This document shows, one piece after another, positions 50,503 through 64,000 of a stretch of DNA of 64,000 bases. The DNA is from Octopus sinensis (Eukaryota). The stretch's first letter is position 1. The number at the start of each line of letters is the position of its first letter. Where the stretch lies: the NCBI RefSeq assembly GCF_006345805.1, contig NC_043006.1, forward strand, positions 13,826,001 through 13,890,000, given 5' to 3'. The notes beneath the pieces were generated by a model. That model worked only from the letters and a program-made list of their open reading frames with translations. It ran no database searches and had not been told where the DNA came from. Made by a program: the position numbers and the translations under genes.

Positions 50503-50844
50503 ATGTACATTTGCACTCGTACATGTGAATAAAGATGTAAGCTAATACACACGCCCAAATATGACAATGCAGGGAAAACAATCATATATAGAAATGAAAG
50601 AAAAGAAAGAATAAAAATATAAGTTATATTGTTCTAAAAAAGAGAAGAGGTTGGGTGATAGATGATCAGGTGACAAGGTTTGGTTGATTCACTTAAGAGT
50701 TCAGGGTTGACAACTACAAATGCGCTCTTTTCATCAAAACCAACGGAAAGCGCCATGGCTATAGGGTAAAACAAGAAATATATGTATATTAGATTGGTGT
50801 GTGTCTGTGTGTGGTGTGTGTATACATACTACATACATACAACA

Positions 50845-50880
<36 letters not shown>

Positions 50881-50897
50881 CATTACATATACATATA

Positions 50898-51100
50898 TCG
50901 GGGATAATTCACATAAAACACAAAAGACGAAGACAGGTGGTGTAGAAAACAAATAGAGTATTAGTATAACGCTCGGGATTGAAAAAGTATTTAACGTTTT
51001 CCAGCCTACGCTTTTCCGCAGAAAGGAACACAGAAGAAACAAGGAGAGAACAAAGAGAGAAAAATGTTTGTAGTGGTTAGCGATCTATCATGGCGAAACT

Positions 51101-51134
<34 letters not shown>

Positions 51135-51812
51135 CTATATATAGGGAGAGTTTACGAAAAAAAAACAAAAGACGAAGACAGGTGGTGTACAAAACAAACA
51201 GTTATTAGTATATACGCTCAGGAATAGAAAAGTCTTTAACGTTTCGAGCCTACACTCTTCTACAGAAAGGGACACAGAAAAAACAAGGAGAGAAACAAGG
51301 AGAGAAAAAAGTGTGTTATTGGCTAACGATCTATCATGGCGACTAGTGCCGGACAGAAGGGCCAGACACGAGAAGGAAAGTGGGGAAGATAACAAGGTAA
51401 AGATGACCCCCAACACAAAGGTGTGTGTGTGTATAAGAGAGTATGTATGTGCGTGTGAAAGAGGGCTGGTGGTCTGGACATATGCGTGTATGTATGTGTA
51501 GGTGCCAAGATGTAGGGATAGGTGTGTGGGTGGTGTGTTGTGATGTTGTTGAGAGGTGGGGGGGCTGAAAGTGGGGAAGCAGGGGATATATACGTATATA
51601 TATATATCGTTAATACATACATGAACAAAGAGAAAACACAACAACGCGAGGACGTGGAACAAGTATAGTGTTACTGGAAGCTCAGGAAAAGAAAGAAAGA
51701 AGGAGGATTTAACGTTTCGAGCGGAGCTCTTCGTCAGAAACATAGAAAAAGGAAAGGTCCAAGGAAGGGAAGATGGAGAAAGAAAATCGCCAATGATACA
51801 CACGCGATCACA
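50898..51812 (-). mobile_element. Cluster of three HHR mini-elements separated by (TA)n
   Basis: 50898-51100 (decayed), 51143-51590 (HHR 51234-51269) and 51608-51812 (HHR 51707-51741), all in the same orientation. Confidence 0.78.
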
Positions 51813-51929
51813 TATATATATATATATAAAGCTCAAAATCAACAAAACTTGCATTGGAGGATCTTTAGAAATTATTTATAATATGATAAGGGAATTTTTT
51901 TCAGGATATAAGCATAAAAAATATGTATA

Positions 51930-52094
51930 GTGTCTCTGTGGCAAAAAGCTTGCTTCCCAACTACGTAGTTCCAGGTTCAGTCCTTCTGCGTGACAACTCA
52001 GGCAAATGTTTTCTACTATAGCCTCGGGCCAACCAAAGCCTTATGAGTGGATTTGGCAGATGGAAACTGAAAGTATCCCATCGAATATATATGT

Positions 52095-52131
<37 letters not shown>

Positions 52132-52315
52132 GTGAGTTGGCGTTTGTTAACCCCACCATCTTCACTTGACATCCGGCGCTGGTGTGTTTACGTCTCCCGT
52201 AATTTAGTGGTTTGGTAAAAGACACTGATAAGTACTGGAGTTGATTCATTCGACTAAAAATTCAAGGCAGTGCCCCAGAATGGCTGCAGTCTAATAACAA
52301 AAACAAGTAAAAGAT
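51930..52315 (+). mobile_element. SINE family A-related (old copy)
   Basis: Diverged head, body and tail. Confidence 0.75.
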
Positions 52316-53286
52316 ATATAAAGATATACAAAGCGGTTGGAAAAACTAATATAGAGATATTGTATAAAACGGTGAAAGGAATCGTTAAAAAAAGACAAAA
52401 ATAAGGAAATAGCGTATAGTAAAAGTCGATGGTTTAAAATGTGAGGAAATCAACTATAACGTACCAACAAAAACCGGATTTTATATGGTAAAGTCCTAAT
52501 GAGTTATCCATTTGGAATCGTTTTGTAGCACAGAAGGAAACTAGAAGCGTGCCTGTAGAGGTTTAGGAGCTCCGTCACGCGGAATAGTATATAGTAATTT
52601 CTACCCAAACGTAACCGACAACTTACATAATTCCAACACATCCATGCCTGTAAGGGCTAGCCTTCTCTAATATAGACTAATACATCTTAAATGTGGAAGT
52701 GTTCACTGTTTTTAATTGCCATACATGTTTGGCTAGATTCGTTGCTGACTTATTTTTCAGGATATTTGAAAGAATTCCTATGTGAATAAAATCTAACTTT
52801 AAACCTCTTTTCTGTGGAACCGGTATATGTTTTACACTCAGTAGTGTACATATTGTTATTTGCCTATTTAGGTATACTAAAACTAAAATTTAGACAAATT
52901 ACACTTCTTTAATTACAGGAAAAGCAATTATAATGAATGAGTTATTTACTATTGAAATACTTAAATGTTTTTGCATATTTATATTTCAACGTAAGATAGG
53001 TTCAAGAATTTAAAGAATTTAATTCTGGAGCAATAATAGGAAACATTTCCCCAAGAGAAAGATAACATATAGTAAAAGGTACAAAATACAAATCGATCCA
53101 TATTAGAGCGATTGTAAAATTCAATGTACACAAAATTTATGCGAGCACAATTATCGAAGCAACCACAAAAATCTTGAATGCAAAACGAAGTAACAGAATG
53201 ACTTTAATGAACGGAAATAAGGAACGCAGACAAGAAGAGCGTTTAGAAGGAATATTAAATGCTAATAAAAGCCAGTTTAGTATTTA

Positions 53287-53870
53287 GATTTCTTTATTAG
53301 CCACGCAGGGCTCACCAGAGAGGGGATAATACAACGTAGATTTATTCTTTTCGAGGTGTGGCGAAAAAAATAGGGAGAACGATCAAACGGGGTCGAAATC
53401 GTTTGGGACATACAAAAAATCGAAATGGTAGTATAAAAAGAACAGAGTTCCCAAAAGTGGGGAAGCTTAACCGTAGAAAGAAAAACCTACGAACAGACCA
53501 CGGTGACCTCGGGCAATAATGTAATACGAAAACACATTAGAGTAAGTTACTCTTTTTCCTTTCTTTTTTGCTTCATAGGATTATGCTCAAGGTGGCCCGT
53601 CATTCACATGTGCCATCCTTGCTACATTCACCCATCTTTTATTGAATCATTCACTAGACAAAACTTCCCTCTCTACTCTCACTTTCTTTTTCAAGTAATA
53701 CTTGAAGAAATTTATGAGAGATTGACCAGAGAGGAAAATGTCTGTTTGTAGGCTTTTCAGACGCTTCCATCATACACATTCTTTCGCTATAGCCACAGGT
53801 ACAATAAAAATGGATCTTCCTTCCCGTTTCACTGAAGGAGGCGCGACAATATTGACGATAGACTCGGCAA
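53287..53870 (-). mobile_element. L1/Tx1-clade LINE 3' fragment (second, diverged copy)
   Basis: Homologous to 49540-50235, for example CTTGCTACATTCACCCATCTTTT and GACAATATTGACGATAGACTC. Confidence 0.8.
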
Positions 53871-54137
53871 GCCAGCATAGTATTTAACTTACGATGTCGT
53901 CAGTTGTCACCTAAAGAATAAAAATAACACAACTACAGAAAAGCTACCTCAATACGTTTAGTTATTTGGCTATTTACGTATACTAAAAGTTGAATTGTGA
54001 ATATTCAGAAAAATTACGCTTATTAAGTTTATGAATTTGTTTTGCAAGATTCCTGATGTGAAATCACGTGTCGAAACAGATGTTTTAGTATTTCGGGACG
54101 GTCATTCTTTCTTGCCAAATAAACACACGCACTATAT

Positions 54138-54549
54138 AGGCGCAGGAGTGGCTATGTGGTAAGTAGCTTGCTAACCAACCACATGGTTCCGGGTTCAGTC
54201 CCACTGCGTGGCATCTTGGGCAAGTGTCTTCTACTATAGCCCCGGGCCGACCAATGCCTTGTGAGTGGATTTGGTAGACGGAAACTGAAAGAAGCCTATC
54301 GTATATATGTATATATATATATAAGTGTGTGTATATGTTTGTGTGTCTGTGTTTGTCCCCCTAGCATTGCTTGACAACCGATGCTGGTGTGTTTACGTCC
54401 CCGTCACTTAGCGGTTCGGCAAAAGAGACCGATAAAATAAGTACTGGGCTTACAAAAAGAGTAAGTCCCAGGGTCGATTTGCTCGACTAAAGGCGGTGCT
54501 CCAGCATGGCCGCAGTCAAATGACTGAAACAAGTAAAAGAGTAAAGAGT
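54138..54549 (+). mobile_element. SINE family A
   Basis: Full length. Confidence 0.9.
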
Positions 54550-55319
54550 ATATATTCGTCATTCACACGTTCATTATTGTTCTTATTTCATCTAATGTCC
54601 ATTGACTGGAAATCTTTCGTCACACAACTGTGGCTTCCTCAGAGGCTCTTCTATCCACGTGTTTCCTCCTGTTCTGTTGAGCCTATTCTGTTTAGTCCAT
54701 TGCACATAAGATGAAGTAAGAACAATAATAAACGAATAAAAAACGAATGTATACCACGTGTGTTTATTTGGCAAGAAAAATTTACCATCCCGAAATATAA
54801 CAATACGCTTATCAAATTACAGGAAAAGCAATTATAAAGGATTCAAGCTGTTATTCGTTGCCTTGGTAACATTACATCCGCATAAATTTTGGATGTATTG
54901 AATTATAGAATCGAACAAATATAGATTGATCTTATGCACAAGAAGAGATCATTGGATTTCTATGATGTAATCCTCAAATAAAGATATTATATTCTCCATT
55001 CTTGTTGAAGTTATTTTAATATACTTAATTTACTCTGGATTTCTTGAAATTCTTCTGAGCGATATTGAGAGTTACTTATCACGCCGAAGGCATTACCATT
55101 GATATTAATTCAATTTGCATTTTTAGATATCTGTTTGTTTGATGTAGTTAACCAATACTGCTTAAAAAGTGAGTGCCTACAAAATATCTGCACGTATTTA
55201 TTAATCCATATTACTCTAGATATATGTGTGTGTGTGCGCGCGCGTGTCTGTGTCTGTGTATGTCTGTGCATATACATGTATATGTATATCTATCTATATA
55301 TATATATAAAATAAAAAAT

Positions 55320-55573
55320 AAATGCCCCCTTTTCTTAAAGCCTAGCCAGGCATATGGGCCCGGTTTCCCGGTTTCAATGGCCTATGTGTTCCCCAGCTGG
55401 ACGGGACGCCAAGTCCATCGCAGCGTTACTCATTTTTGCTAGTGGAATGGACTGGAGCAACGTGAAATGAAGTGTTTTGTTCAAGAACCCGACGCGTCGC
55501 ACGGTCCAGGAATCGAAACCACAATCTTACGATCATGATGCGGACACGCTAACCACTAAAACATGCGCCTCCA
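55320..55573 (-). mobile_element. V-domain-like tRNA SINE
   Basis: Head GGAGGCGCATG...GGTTTCGATTCC, body TTGCTCCAGTCCA...AAATGAG, and a distinct tail. Confidence 0.7.
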
Positions 55574-55588
55574 CACACACACACACGC

Positions 55589-55666
<78 letters not shown>

Positions 55667-55774
55667 GAAAATACAACGTCGGGTCATAATACTAGTATAA
55701 TGATAAATTTCTGTGATATACATCGATCTAATCTTAAATGAATGACTGAGGCTAGTATTTTATATGCTCGACAC

Positions 55775-55816
<42 letters not shown>

Positions 55817-55820
55817 TATA

Positions 55821-56515
55821 TGTAGAAAAATACAAACTGGGACAAGAACGTAAAACATTTAGAAGACGATACAAAAAACACGGACGGGACATTCGAAGCC
55901 TTCAATCTTCAGTCAAGAACCGGATCATCCTAGCAATTTCGGCTGATTAATCTTGAGATCGCTCCGATCCGGCCAGCCCCAAGGAAAAACTAAGCTACGA
56001 GCATTAGATTTCTTGGAAAAAGGATCGAATGTATACGAAACAGGGACAGAAAAACGGACGATGCCACACGAATATAAAATACAAAAAACAATAATGGTAA
56101 AAACAGGACAAAAACAGCGGGTGTCTTGCGACTAATAGACAGTACAACTTGGTTTAGCTGGCGTATTTGGAAAAAAATGCCTTTTTCGGTTAGACGAAGA
56201 CAACGATCTCCTCGTGGCGATGGTTAGAAGCCGAAAGGCTGGTTGACCAGCGGTCACGTGAGAGGAAAGAGAGAGAAAAAAAAGGGGGCCAAGGAATCAA
56301 AGAGAGAGAGAAAAAGAGGGACGAAGGAAACAAAGAGGGAGAAGAGAGAGAAAGAAGGAATTAAAGAGGTGAAAAGAAAGAGAGCGTGCCAAGGATTGGC
56401 TTGGCGACAGAATCAGTGAGTGCAAAATGAGAAAGACTGAGAAATGTGAGAGAGTGGGGGAAGAGTAGACCAAAGAATCAGAGACAAGAAAAGAGAAAAG
56501 GAGGAGGAGAAGTAA

Positions 56516-56556
<41 letters not shown>

Positions 56557-56840
56557 CAGATCAAAGTAGAGTGCAAAGTGTGAAAGGCAGAGAAATGTAG
56601 GAGAGAGAGACAGTGTTATAGAGTCGTACCAAATTTAAAGGAATATGTACTTACATAAGGCCAGAGGGTACGGACGTCGCTATATATATTATATGTAGAA
56701 AAAAATCCAAACTGGGACAAGAACGTAAAACATTTAGAAGACGATACAAAAAACACGGACAGGACATTCGAAGCCTTCAATCTTCAGTCAAGAACCGGAT
56801 CATCCTAGCAATTTCGGCTGATTAATCTCGAGATCGCTCC
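55821..56840 (-). mobile_element. Non-coding element with ~145-bp direct terminal repeats in (TA)n (PLE partial-tandem-like)
   Basis: 55821-55965 is nearly identical to 56694-56840. The interior is purine-rich on the + strand, with GTAAGT at 56649-56654 (-). Confidence 0.7.
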
Positions 56841-56899
56841 ATATATACATCTATATACAGACATATATAGACATGTATACAGATATATGTATATATATG

Positions 56900-56954
<55 letters not shown>

Positions 56955-57279
56955 ATATAATATATATATGTCTGTATATAGATGTTATATATAATATGTG
57001 TGTGTGTGTGTGTGTTTGTGTATATACATATGCACACATATATGTATTATATGTGTATATGTGTGTGTGTTTGTGTGTGTGCGTGCGTGCGGTATGTGTA
57101 TGTCTCTGTACTTGTGCTAACCTTCCGCCACTGCTTGATGACACAGCAGTTCGTAAAAGTGTTCGATAGAATAAGTGCTCAATTTAAAGATAAGTACTGG
57201 GGGTCGACCCGTACGAGTAAATCCTTCAGCATGTCTGCAGTTCAATGACGGAAACAAATTAAAGGTATATACATATAAA

Positions 57280-58065
57280 ATTATTTGGCGAAAAATTGGA
57301 AACGATACTTAGATGAAGACCTAGCTGGTTCCAAATTCTTACGCAATTACAGTATTCGGTTAATAACGGAATTTAACCATATCCAACTACTCTTGGTGGG
57401 CATTTCGATTATTATGACTGATACGAATATAGAAGCAAACATCGACTACAAACCAACAGACTCTAAACACTACAAACAATTTACCTCATGCCACCCAAAG
57501 CATCAAATCCGGTATTACATTTAACCTATTTAGGAGAATCCGCACAATTGTCTCCAATCCGGATGTTCAGAATAAAAGACTTCCTGAGTTAAAGTAGACG
57601 CTTCTTCAAGGAAACTACTCTAATAGAGAATGGAACTGAAAGCGCCAAAGCAATAAACAGTGGAGATATTTAAAAAATACTAAAAACAGTTCAGATACAC
57701 CCAAAGCTTTATCTCTGATTACTACACAAAGCCTAAGAAACATAGATATATTCAGCATTGTCCATCAGAACATACGTTTATTGAGTCAAGACCCAAGAAT
57801 GAAAAAGGCACTTGAATTATACAAAATAATCAAAGGCCAAAAACGACCAGACTCCCTCAAATGAGTACTTACCAACGGGAAACTACCAGGAACGTAAAAT
57901 GTGTGGCTGAGGTAATTATGGAATTGTGACAACGTTACTGAGGACACGACTTATAAGATTAAACCGGGACTAGCTTTTACTATGAAAAACCAATTTGCTT
58001 GTCCTTCAAAAATATTCAATATACGCCATCCAGTGCAATGGATGCAGGGAAGATTACATTGGAAT
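57280..58065 (+). mobile_element. Penelope-like RT/linker/EN relic (heavily decayed)
   Basis: NWKRYLD and DYKPTDSKHY..FTSCHPKH. Related to the 62400-64000 element. Confidence 0.8.
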
Positions 58066-58101
58066 ACTATATATATTAATATATATATATATATATATAT
58101 A

Positions 58102-58510
58102 GGCGTAGGAGTGGCTGTGTGGTAAGTAGCTTGCTTACTAACCACATGGTTCCGGATTCAGTCCCACTGCGTGGCACCTTGGGCAAGTGTCTTCTACTAT
58201 AGCCTCGGGCCGACCAAAGCCTTGTGAGAGGATTTGGTAGGCGGAAACTGAAAGAAGCCCATCGTATATATGTATATATATGTATATGTGTGTGTGTGTG
58301 CGTGTATGTTTGTGTTTGTCCCCCTAGCATCGCTTGACAACCGATGCTGATGTGTTTCTGTCCCCGTCACTTAGCGGTTCGGCAAAAGAGACCGATAGAA
58401 TAAGTACTGGGCTTACAAAGAATAAGTCCCGGGGTCGAGTTGCTCGATTAAAGGTGGTGCTCCAGCATGGCCGCAGTCAAATGACTGAAACAAGTAAAAG
58501 AGTAAAAGTA
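58102..58510 (+). mobile_element. SINE family A
   Basis: Full length. Confidence 0.9.
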
Positions 58511-58513
58511 ATA

Positions 58514-59417
58514 TATTGGTTGATCCCATAGATAATGCTTTTATTTATACATATTTACTTTTTCAAAATTAAGATAAACAAAAACTTATTTTTTAATCTA
58601 AAATATACTCTACTTCATTTTGTACAATCCTCTTCCATCTCTCTGGTAGATTTTTAAGGCCCCTCTTCCAAAATACGCTTGTCCGTGACGAAAAATATTC
58701 CTCCAATACTGTTCTGACCTTGTCTACAGAATTCATATTTTGTCCGTCTAAATGATTTTGAAAACGGCGGAATAAATGATAATCAGATGGGGCAATGCCC
58801 AGCGAATATGGTGGGTGGGGCATCGTTTCTCATTCAAACTGCTTCAACCATTGGAATGTTACCTCGCTGTATGAGGCTGAGTGTTATCCTGATGGAAGGA
58901 TACCTTTCGTCTTGAAACCAAAGATGGTTGTTTTTCTTCAAGCGCTGGAGTCGATGAATAGTTGAATGACCAAATCCAAGTTATTCTATTGGTGCTCAAC
59001 AGTTACGATGGGGTTTTATTCCGCCAGAGTTTGCAAGACGTCCTCGTCGAGTTTTATAGATCTTCCAGGATGATTGGCTTGTCTTCTAGGCTGTAGATTC
59101 TGACTCAGAATTTCTGGAACTACCGTTGATTCTGGCTTACGCTTATTCTCCGATTCCCTACATTAATATTCCTCGCACTTTCCGTGCGTTGTTGCCTTTA
59201 TTGAACTCATAAAGCAAAATATGCCGAATATGCTCCTTTGTCACTTCCATTAAAGCTTTGAAAAAAATAACTGTTAAAATCGAACTGCACTCTTCAAAAC
59301 AAGGTAAAGTTACTACCTGGTTTTGTAGCAAGTTGATGCAGGTAGTTAATCGTGTCCCACTCCGACATTTAGTCATGCAATTGAAAAAAAACCCATTATT
59401 TATGAGATAACCCAATA
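58514..59417 (-). mobile_element. mariner element, internally deleted (same family as 28500-29483)
   Basis: Both TIRs with TA are present. Encodes [19 protein letters not shown] and PHPPYSLGIAPSDYHLFR. Confidence 0.9.
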
Positions 59418-59441
59418 GGTATATATACATATATATATATA

Positions 59442-59494
<53 letters not shown>

Positions 59495-59530
59495 CATACA
59501 TACATACATACATATATATATATATGTATA

Positions 59531-59583
<53 letters not shown>

Positions 59584-59911
59584 CATACATACATATATAT
59601 TACATACATACATATATATAATATATATACATACATACATGCATACATATATATATAAAAACATATATGAGCGCGCACGTGTGTGCGTGTGTGTGCGTGG
59701 GTGTGTGTGTGCATGCGTGTGTAGGGGGTATGCGTGTTCATGTGTGTGTCTGTGTGTGAAAAATTGTCTTTTTCAATGAGACATGGTTAATTATATAGAC
59801 AATCTTACAAAAAAAAGCAAATTATGACAGATCTGATTGAAGGATATTTCTTGTGAAAGCACTTTTACTGCCTTCAACTTTACAAGCACGTGTGGTATAG
59901 GTATATATATA

Positions 59912-59955
<44 letters not shown>

Positions 59956-60038
59956 TATATATACATAGACACACACACACACACACCAACGTGATTTTGT
60001 GTGCGCGTCAAATATATATATCTTGAGAGATAAAGACA

Positions 60039-60140
<102 letters not shown>

Positions 60141-60663
60141 GAAGGAAGGAAGGATCTAAATTCAAATAACCATAAAATAAAAGCAAATTGATCAGGATAA
60201 TTGTAGTGAGTATTGGACTAGATTGTTCTCACTTATCGTTATTTTTCATAACAGATGAATGTTGAATCTTAAAATATAAAATAAAGCAAGAGAATTCTCC
60301 GATGGAGAACACTAAGTCAATAATGTAATAAGTTCAGATTTGGTTAATTTGTAAAATATGAAATATTGCAAATGTTTTTTTTTTTTGTAGCAAATTACTC
60401 GATAAAAGCAAAACAAATGAAACATGAATATGTTGTTCGTCGGGTATTATACATGAAGGACGGGCGCAATTGTGATGAACTTGACTGAATGGAAATGCAT
60501 TTCGTGTATACAATTGCGTATTTGTAAATATGTTAATATATTTAAGAATATATAATGATAGATTTCTGTGATATACATCGACCTAATCTTAAATGAATGA
60601 CTGAGGCTAGTATTTTATATGCTCGACACGTATATATATATATATAAATATGTATGTATGCAT

Positions 60664-60726
<63 letters not shown>

Positions 60727-61081
60727 ATATATTTAAAATAGAGCAAGCCGATTATTAATTAATTACAAATATAAATATTCTACGCGAAATATTTTTTCGA
60801 GTATTTTTCTTCTTTTCTGGTGAATTGTCAAGCGCCCTTCAGTTACAAAATATTTTTTATTCACTACCATCAATCATAATACAATTTTTTACTCGGCTAA
60901 CAGACGTCTGCCTGTCACTCTACACGTCTATCCGACTGCTTCCATTAAAAGTGAAAGTTAATAATATATTTCAAGAAATGTAAAATGAATAATGAATGAG
61001 AAAATGATACTCAGAAATAAGTTATTTTGTTGCATACACAGATGAATAAATATTGTGTTCTTGTATATATCTGTGTATGTA

Positions 61082-61157
<76 letters not shown>

Positions 61158-61160
<3 letters not shown>

Positions 61161-62376
61161 TAGGTCGTCAAGTCTGAAGTTTGTTCATTTTGCGCCGTTA
61201 TTATATTTTGTTAGAAAACTAATACGTTTATTTCTTTATTCTAACTCATTTTGCGCTTTATAAAGTATTTTATATATCGTTTTTTGCTGTTTTTGTTTAG
61301 AGATGGATAAGTCGGAAATTCGTTCGGTTTTAAAATATGAGTTCCTTCTTGGAAATACAGCATCGTAGACAGCTCGGAATATTAATGGAGTATTTCCTTC
61401 AAGTGCGGACAGTGTCAAATTGGTTTACAAAATTTCGTTCTTGTAACTTTGACTTCACAAATGAGCAACGCGGTCGACCAAAAACAAAGGTGGATGATGA
61501 CGAACTGAAAGCCACCGTCGTGTCAGATCCATCTCAAAGTGCCCATGAATTATTGTTATTTAGTGTTAGCAAGCAAACAATATTTACTCACTTAGTTCAA
61601 ATCGGTAATGTGAAAACGTTGGATAAATGGGATTCCACATGAACTCAGTTAAAATCAGAAACAGCAACGCTTGGAAGTCTGCATTATGCTACTTTCTTGT
61701 CACAAAAATTAATCATTTTTTTAATCGAATTGCAACGTGATGAGAAATGGACCCAATACAACAACCGTAAACGTTCAGCATAATGGTTCGACAAAGACAA
61801 GCCACCAAAACACAGTCGAAAAAGCAAACTTCATCAAAAGAAGTTGATGGTGTGTGTTTGGTATAGGTGTGATCCATTATGAATTCATTAAACCTGGCTC
61901 ATCAATCTCGGCCGAAGTATACTGCCGCGAACTGGACCAAATGATGCAGAAACTTACGAAAAAACAACCTAAATTAATCAAAAGATCCACTCTTATTTTA
62001 TTGCAAGTCAACGCCAGACTTCACATCACAAAAACGACATTGGCGAAACCACTGAAGTTGGAGTTGGAAGTTCTCCCTCATCCACCATATTCACCAGATC
62101 TTGACCCCACTGACTACCACTTCTTCCAGAATTTAGTTAACTTTTTGATAAGAAAAAAAAATAATTCCGACGATGCAGTTAAACAGGCCTTCGAAGATTT
62201 TATTGACTCTAGATTGCCAGGCTTTTACAGTTCTGGGCTAGACAAGCTACCGCTGAAATGGCAAAAGTGTATTGATAATATGGGTGCATACTTTGATGAA
62301 TATAACTATTCCTTGTATTTATAAAACATTAGCAAACTTTTTTCTTTTCTCCAAATTTCATACTTGACGATCTCAG
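61158..62376 (+). mobile_element. mariner transposon, near full length, pseudogenised
   Basis: TIRs TTAGGTCGTCAAGT.TGAA / TTCATACTTGACGATCT. Encodes VSNWFTKFR..RGRP, DEKW and PHPPYSPDLDPTDYHFF. Confidence 0.92.
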
Positions 62377-62394
62377 ATATATATATATATATAA

Positions 62395-64000
62395 GTAGTA
62401 AGTGAAGGGAGGAATTTCGACCGGTTTCTCTTTCGCTATTCATGATATTATGGATTACTTATTTGAATATGTATTTTAAGAAGAAATTTTATCCATGTTG
62501 TGTGTGATGATATTTACGAGTAAATGAAAGCACAAGTAGAAAAATAAGGGGAGGTAATTGGTTTTCGTTATTATTGTTATTGTTGTGGGCAAGGGAGATA
62601 ACTGTTCAGATTTTGGTAAGGGGAGGGGAATATATATGTACAGACAAAAAGGTTTCGAAAAACTTGTTTAATGAGGAGATTTATGTGTAATGATGTAATT
62701 GTGAATTGAAATATGTAAAAAGATAAAAGTTGGTTATGTGTGCATATTAAGGCGTGTTCTGTATTTTTCAATGAAAAAAGTTTCTTTATTTAAACGTTTC
62801 TGTAGATAGATTGTGTCTTTGCACTGGTAGAAGTGGAATACTGTGAAATTTGGTTTGATGTTATATGCACATTTTTCCATGTGTTCACTGAGAGGAATTT
62901 GCCTGTATTGCGGGAAACGGATTTGCTCTTTATGTAGAGTAGTTCTCTTTCTTAAGGACATACTCGTCTGTCCAATATAGTTGTGTCCGCAACCCAAGCA
63001 GGTTATTACATAAATTAGGTTCTCAGAGGCACAAGTGAAACTAGTTTTAATTGTGAACCTCTGTCCTTGTTTGAAAAGGAAATCCGAGCCTTCAAGTAGG
63101 TTGGGGCAGGTTCCACAGTTTGGGCGTCCACATTTTTTAACCGTTGGTTTCTTGGTTGTTTTCTAAAGCTTCGCATTTGTTAGTAGTCTCTTTAGCGATT
63201 TGTGTTGCCTTTTGCATTTGATGAGTTTATGTGTTTTCAGGATGTCGTTCATTTTTGGATCTCTAGTTAGTAATGGAAGATTTTGCACAATAGTGTTGAA
63301 TGCCCCACTGTTTCTGGGGTTGTGTGTTGATATAAATAGTAATGTTTTGAGATGAGGTGTGATGTTATGTTTTATTATTCTTAGTGTTTCTATGTCTAAT
63401 TGTTTGGCACGTTTAATTCCCTCGTCTATAAGTGAGGGTGGATATTGTCTTTCAATAAGTGTTGTTTTGAGGTCTTGAAGACGAAGCTCCCGAGTTGTTC
63501 TATCAGACACTATTGTGCAGATCCTTTTTTGCTAAGTTGAAAGGGATGTTTATTTTGATGTGTTTCGGGTGGCATGAGTTAAAGAGGAGATATTGTTTTG
63601 AACCAGTTGGTTTATAATAGATGTCAGTTATAATTTGATAGTTGACTTGTTATCATGATGTCAAAAATGGGAGTTGTTCTTTGTTATATTCCATTGTGAA
63701 TTGAATGTTACTATTTATATCATTTAGTGCTGATTTTAAATCTAAAAGTTTGTTGATGTTCTCCTTCCAAATGATAAAACAGTCATCCAGGTATCTTTTC
63801 CAATTTTCTCTAATGTAGAGATAAAATGGGTAACCATATTTCTGAAGTGATACTTCATATAAGGTGAATTCAAAATAACCCATTATTAGGTTCGCAAGAA
63901 CACGGGTTGCTTTTGTTTCCATCACAATTCCGCATTTCTGACGATAGTATGTGTCATCAAATAGGAAATAATTGTTCTGAAGTATAAATTTTATAGATTC
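62395..64000 (-). mobile_element. Penelope-like element (Neptune-like): RT, Cys-rich linker and GIY-YIG
   Basis: WKRYLDDCFIIW, IQFTMEY..LPFL, CGRPNCGTC and LIYVITCLGCGHNYIGQT..LRKRTTLH, with frameshifts. GAAACCGGTC at ~62408-62417 is a partial HHR. Confidence 0.92.

Noticed and set aside
56200-56262. CTCCTCGTGGCG resembling the HDV ribozyme L3
   Set aside because: The P1/P2 partners and J4/2 were not found, and it lies opposite to the element's apparent orientation.

Overview
AT-rich, microsatellite-dense eukaryotic DNA. The SINE repertoire suggests a coleoid cephalopod, probably Octopus (inference). I can support no intact host protein-coding gene; almost all ORFs in the supplied track are microsatellite artefacts or decayed transposon fragments. 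The window is a nested set of Penelope-like elements (PLEs; RT and GIY-YIG fragments), RTE, CR1-like and L1/Tx1 LINE pieces, several tRNA-derived SINE families, mariner/Tc1/pogo relics, non-autonomous Helitrons, MITEs and a solo LTR. The main signal is invisible to the ORF track: roughly 15-20 hammerhead ribozyme (HHR) motifs, found by eye, belonging to about ten sequence families. They are type I with a palindromic stem III. They lie in PLE 3' ends, in short non-coding elements inserted in (TA)n, in inverted terminal-repeat pairs, and in a 350-nt tandem retrozyme-like unit with a covarying rod structure. Two SINE families also appear to share 3' tails with LINE fragments present in this window. 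All coordinates and pairings were read manually and may be off by a few bases. No ribozyme activity is demonstrated.
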